64,000 bases of DNA from assembly GCA_030390025.1 (NCBI GenBank), contig CM059432.1, positions 81,346,001 to 81,410,000 on the forward strand, in the 5' to 3' direction. This document shows positions 60,797 through 64,000 of this stretch, in pieces. The stretch is from Squalus acanthias. Lineage: Eukaryota. A program made the translations under genes and the position numbers. The notes beneath the pieces are model-generated. The model ran no database searches. It was not told where the DNA came from and saw only the letters and a program-made list of their open reading frames with translations. Every line of letters starts with the position of its first letter. Positions within the stretch are counted from its first letter, which is position 1.

Positions 60797-63700
60797 GCAT
60801 GAGTGGCTCAAAGACTGGTGTGGGAGAAATGGGTTTTGCTTCCTGGGACACTGGCACCAGTACTGGGGCAGGAGGGAGCTGTTCCGTTGGGACGGGCTTC
60901 ACTTGGCCAATGCTGGGACTAGAGTCCTGGTGGATCATATAACTATGGCTGTAGAGAGGGCTTTAAACTTACTAGTGGGGGGGAGGTTCCTAGAGAGCAA
61001 ATAATAAAAATAACAACAGAGAAGGTCATAGACTTAGGTAGCAGTGGGGAAATTAAAAACCAGAGTGTGTCAGGAAGGGGCAGAAGGTATGGAGTAAAAG
61101 GTAAAGTAATAAAAAGGGCAAAAGCAGGAACTAAGTGTCACAAAACATATTTGAAAGTTCTCTATCTGAATGCACGTAGCATTCGTAACAAAATAGACGA
61201 GTTAATGGCACAAATAACTACATATGGGTATGATCTTGTGGCCATTACATAAACATGGCTGCAGGGTGACAATGCCTGGGAATTAAACATACCAGGTTAT
61301 TTAACGATCATGAAGGACAGGCAGGAAGGAAGGGGAGGTGGGGTGGCTATGTTAATAAAGGAAGGAATCACTGTAATACAGAGAAATGATATTGGGTCAA
61401 AAGATCAGGATAATGAAACAGTTTGGTTGGAGATAAGGAATAATAAGGGGAAAAAAACACTAGTGGGCGTAGTCTATAGGCCTCCGAACAGTTGCAACTC
61501 TGTTGGACGGAATATCAATCAGGAAATAGTTGAGGCTTGTAACAAGGGAACATCTATAATTATGGGGGATTTTAACTATCATATTAATTGGACAAATCAA
61601 ATTGGGCAGGGCTGCCTTGAGGATGAGTTCATTGAGTGTATTAGGGATGGGTTTCTTGAGCAGTATGTAACTGAACCGACCAGGGGGCAAGCAACCTTAG
61701 ATCTGGTCCTGTGTAACGAGACAGGATTAATTAAAAATGTCCTAGTAAAGGATCCGCTTGGAATGAGTGACCATAACATGGTTGAATTCCATATTCAATT
61801 AGAGGGTGAGAAGGTTGGATCTCAAACAAGCGTGCTAAGCTTGAATAAAGGAGACTATGAAGGTATGCAAGCGGAATTGAGTAGAGTGGATTGGGAAAAT
61901 AGATTAAAGGGTAAGACGATACATGAACAGTGGTGTACATTTAAGGAGTTATTTTACAACTTCCAAAAAATATATATTTCACTTAGAAGAAAAGGGTGTA
62001 AAAGAAAAGACAGTCATCCGTGGCTAAGTAAAGAAATTAAGGATAGTATTCGACTAAAAACAAGGGCTTATAAGGTAGCCAAATCTAGTGGGAGGATAGA
62101 GGATTGGGAAAACTTTAAAAGACAGCAAAAAATAACAAAAAGATTGATTAAGAAAGGGAAGATAGATTATGAAAGTAAATTAGCAAAAAATATAAAAACA
62201 GATAGTAAGAGTTTTTATAGTTATATAAAAAGAAAAAGGGTGGCTAAAGTAAATGTTGGTCCCTTAGAGGATGAGACCGGGAAATTAATGGTGGGAAATA
62301 TGGAGATGGCAAATACACTGAATGCATATTTTGTATCAGTCTTTACAGTAGAGGACACTATAATATCCCAACACTGAAACAAACAGGGGGCTATAGGGGG
62401 GAGGAGCTAAACACAATCAAAATCACTAAGCAAGTGGTACTCGGTAAAATAATGGGACTCAAGGCGGATAAATCACCTGGACCTGATGGCTTACATCCTA
62501 GGGTCTTGAGGGAAGTGGCGGTAGGGATTGTGGATGCATTGGTAATAATTTTCCAAAACTCCCTGGACTCAGCAAAGATCTCGGCAGACTGGGAAACTGC
62601 TAATGTAACACCCTTATTTAAAAAGGGCAGTAGACAGAAGGCTGGAAACTATAGACTGGTTAGCCTAACATCTGTGGTAGGTAAAATTTTGGAGTCCATT
62701 ATTAAGGAGACAGTAATGGGACATTTGGATAATCATAATTTAATAGGACAAAGTCAGCATGGTTTTATGAAGGGGAAGTCATGTTTGACAAATTTGCTGG
62801 AGTTCTTTGAGGAAGTAACATACAGGGTGGATAAAGGGGAACCAGTGGATGTGGTGTATTTAGACTTCCAAAAGGCATTTGACAAGGTGCCACACAAAAG
62901 ATTATTGCTTAAGATAAAAAATCACGGGATTGGGGGTAATATTCTGGCATGGATAGAGGATTGGCTATCTAACAGAAGGCAGAGAGTTGGGATAAATGGT
63001 TCATTCTCAGACTGGCAATCAGTAACTAGTGGTGTTCCGCAGGGGTCAGTGCTGGGTCCCCAACTCTTTACAATCTATATTAACGATTTGGAGGAGGGGA
63101 CCGAGTGTAACATATCAAAGTTTGCAGATGATACTAAGATGGGAGGGAAAGTAGTGAGTGAGGAGGACATAAAAAATCTGCAAGGGGACATAGACAGGCT
63201 AAGTAAGTGGGCAGAGATTTGGCAGATGGAATACAATACTGGAAAGTGTGAGGTTATGCACTTTGGCAGGAAAAATAGTAGAGCAAGTTATTATCTTAAT
63301 GGCAAGAAACTGGAAAGTACTGAAGTACAAAGGGATCTGGGGGTCCTGGTGCACGAAACTCAAAAGGTTAGTATGCAGGTGCAGCAAGTGATTAAGAAGG
63401 CCAATGGAATGTTGGCTTTCATTGCTAGGGGGATAGAATATAAAAATAGGGAGGTATTGCTTCAGTTGTACAAGGTATTGGTGAGACCGCACCTGGAATA
63501 CTGCATACAGTTTTGGTGTCCATACTTAAGAAAAGACATACTTGCTCTCGAGTCAGTACAAAGAAGGTTCACTCGGTTAATCCCGGGGATGAGGGGATGG
63601 ACATATGAGGAGAGGTTGGGTAGATTGGGACTCTACTCATTGGAGTTCAGAAGAATGAGAGGCGATCTTATTGAAACATATAAGATTGTGAAGGGGTTGG

Positions 63701-64000
63701 ATCGGGTGGATGCGGGGAGGATGTTCCCGATGATGGGTGAAACTAGAACTAGGGGGCATAGTCTTAGAATAAGGGGCTGCTCTTTCAAAACTGAGATGAG
63801 GAGGAACTACTTCACTCAGAGGGTGGTAGGTCCATGGAATATGCTGCCCCAAAAAGCTGTAGAAGCTACATCATTACATAAATTTAAAACAGAAATAGAC
63901 AGTTTCCTAGAAGTAAAGGGAATTAAGGGTTACGGGAAGCGGGCAGGAATTTGGACATGAGTCTAGGTTCGGATCGGTCATGGCCCTGTGGGTAGCGTAG
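60797..64000 (+). mobile_element. CR1 LINE (ORF1 C-terminus + nearly intact ORF2), runs off window end
   Basis: ORF1 DGLHL remnant. APE from ~61150. RT ORF 62434-63960 (508 aa) uninterrupted. Confidence 0.95.
61150..63960 (+). pseudogene. CR1 ORF2 with one nonsense codon and one frameshift
   Basis: LYLNARSIRNK..VAIT*TWL (TAA 61250-61252), GDFNYH, SDH, frameshift near 62360-62380, then complete RT with FADD. Confidence 0.92.

Overview
Vertebrate, very repeat-rich genomic DNA, most likely from a cartilaginous fish (shark). This is inferred from the repeat complement: CR1 LINEs with an esterase-type ORF1, DeuSINE/SacSINE1-like SINEs, L2, Penelope-like fragments and PIF/Harbinger elements. Most of the window is nested, decayed transposons. 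Three short phase-compatible exons on the + strand (4866-4957, 41640-41713, 50284-50328, then AATAAA) probably form the 3' end of an unidentified host gene with a ~36.7-kb intron. Main observations: (1) three different Harbinger-type elements inserted at the same homologous TAA in three copies of one CR1 subfamily, and a fourth copy was hit by a LINE a few bases away; (2) a ~3.2-kb ORF1-less LINE whose 5' end is a tRNA-derived Pol III-type head; (3) a nearly complete two-gene Harbinger (transposase plus spliced Myb/SANT gene) and many deletion derivatives/MITEs; (4) a full-length CR1 with six ~66-bp TATA-containing 5' monomers; (5) a minimal hammerhead-like motif in a Penelope-like fragment. 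Boundaries were read by eye; those of decayed elements are approximate.
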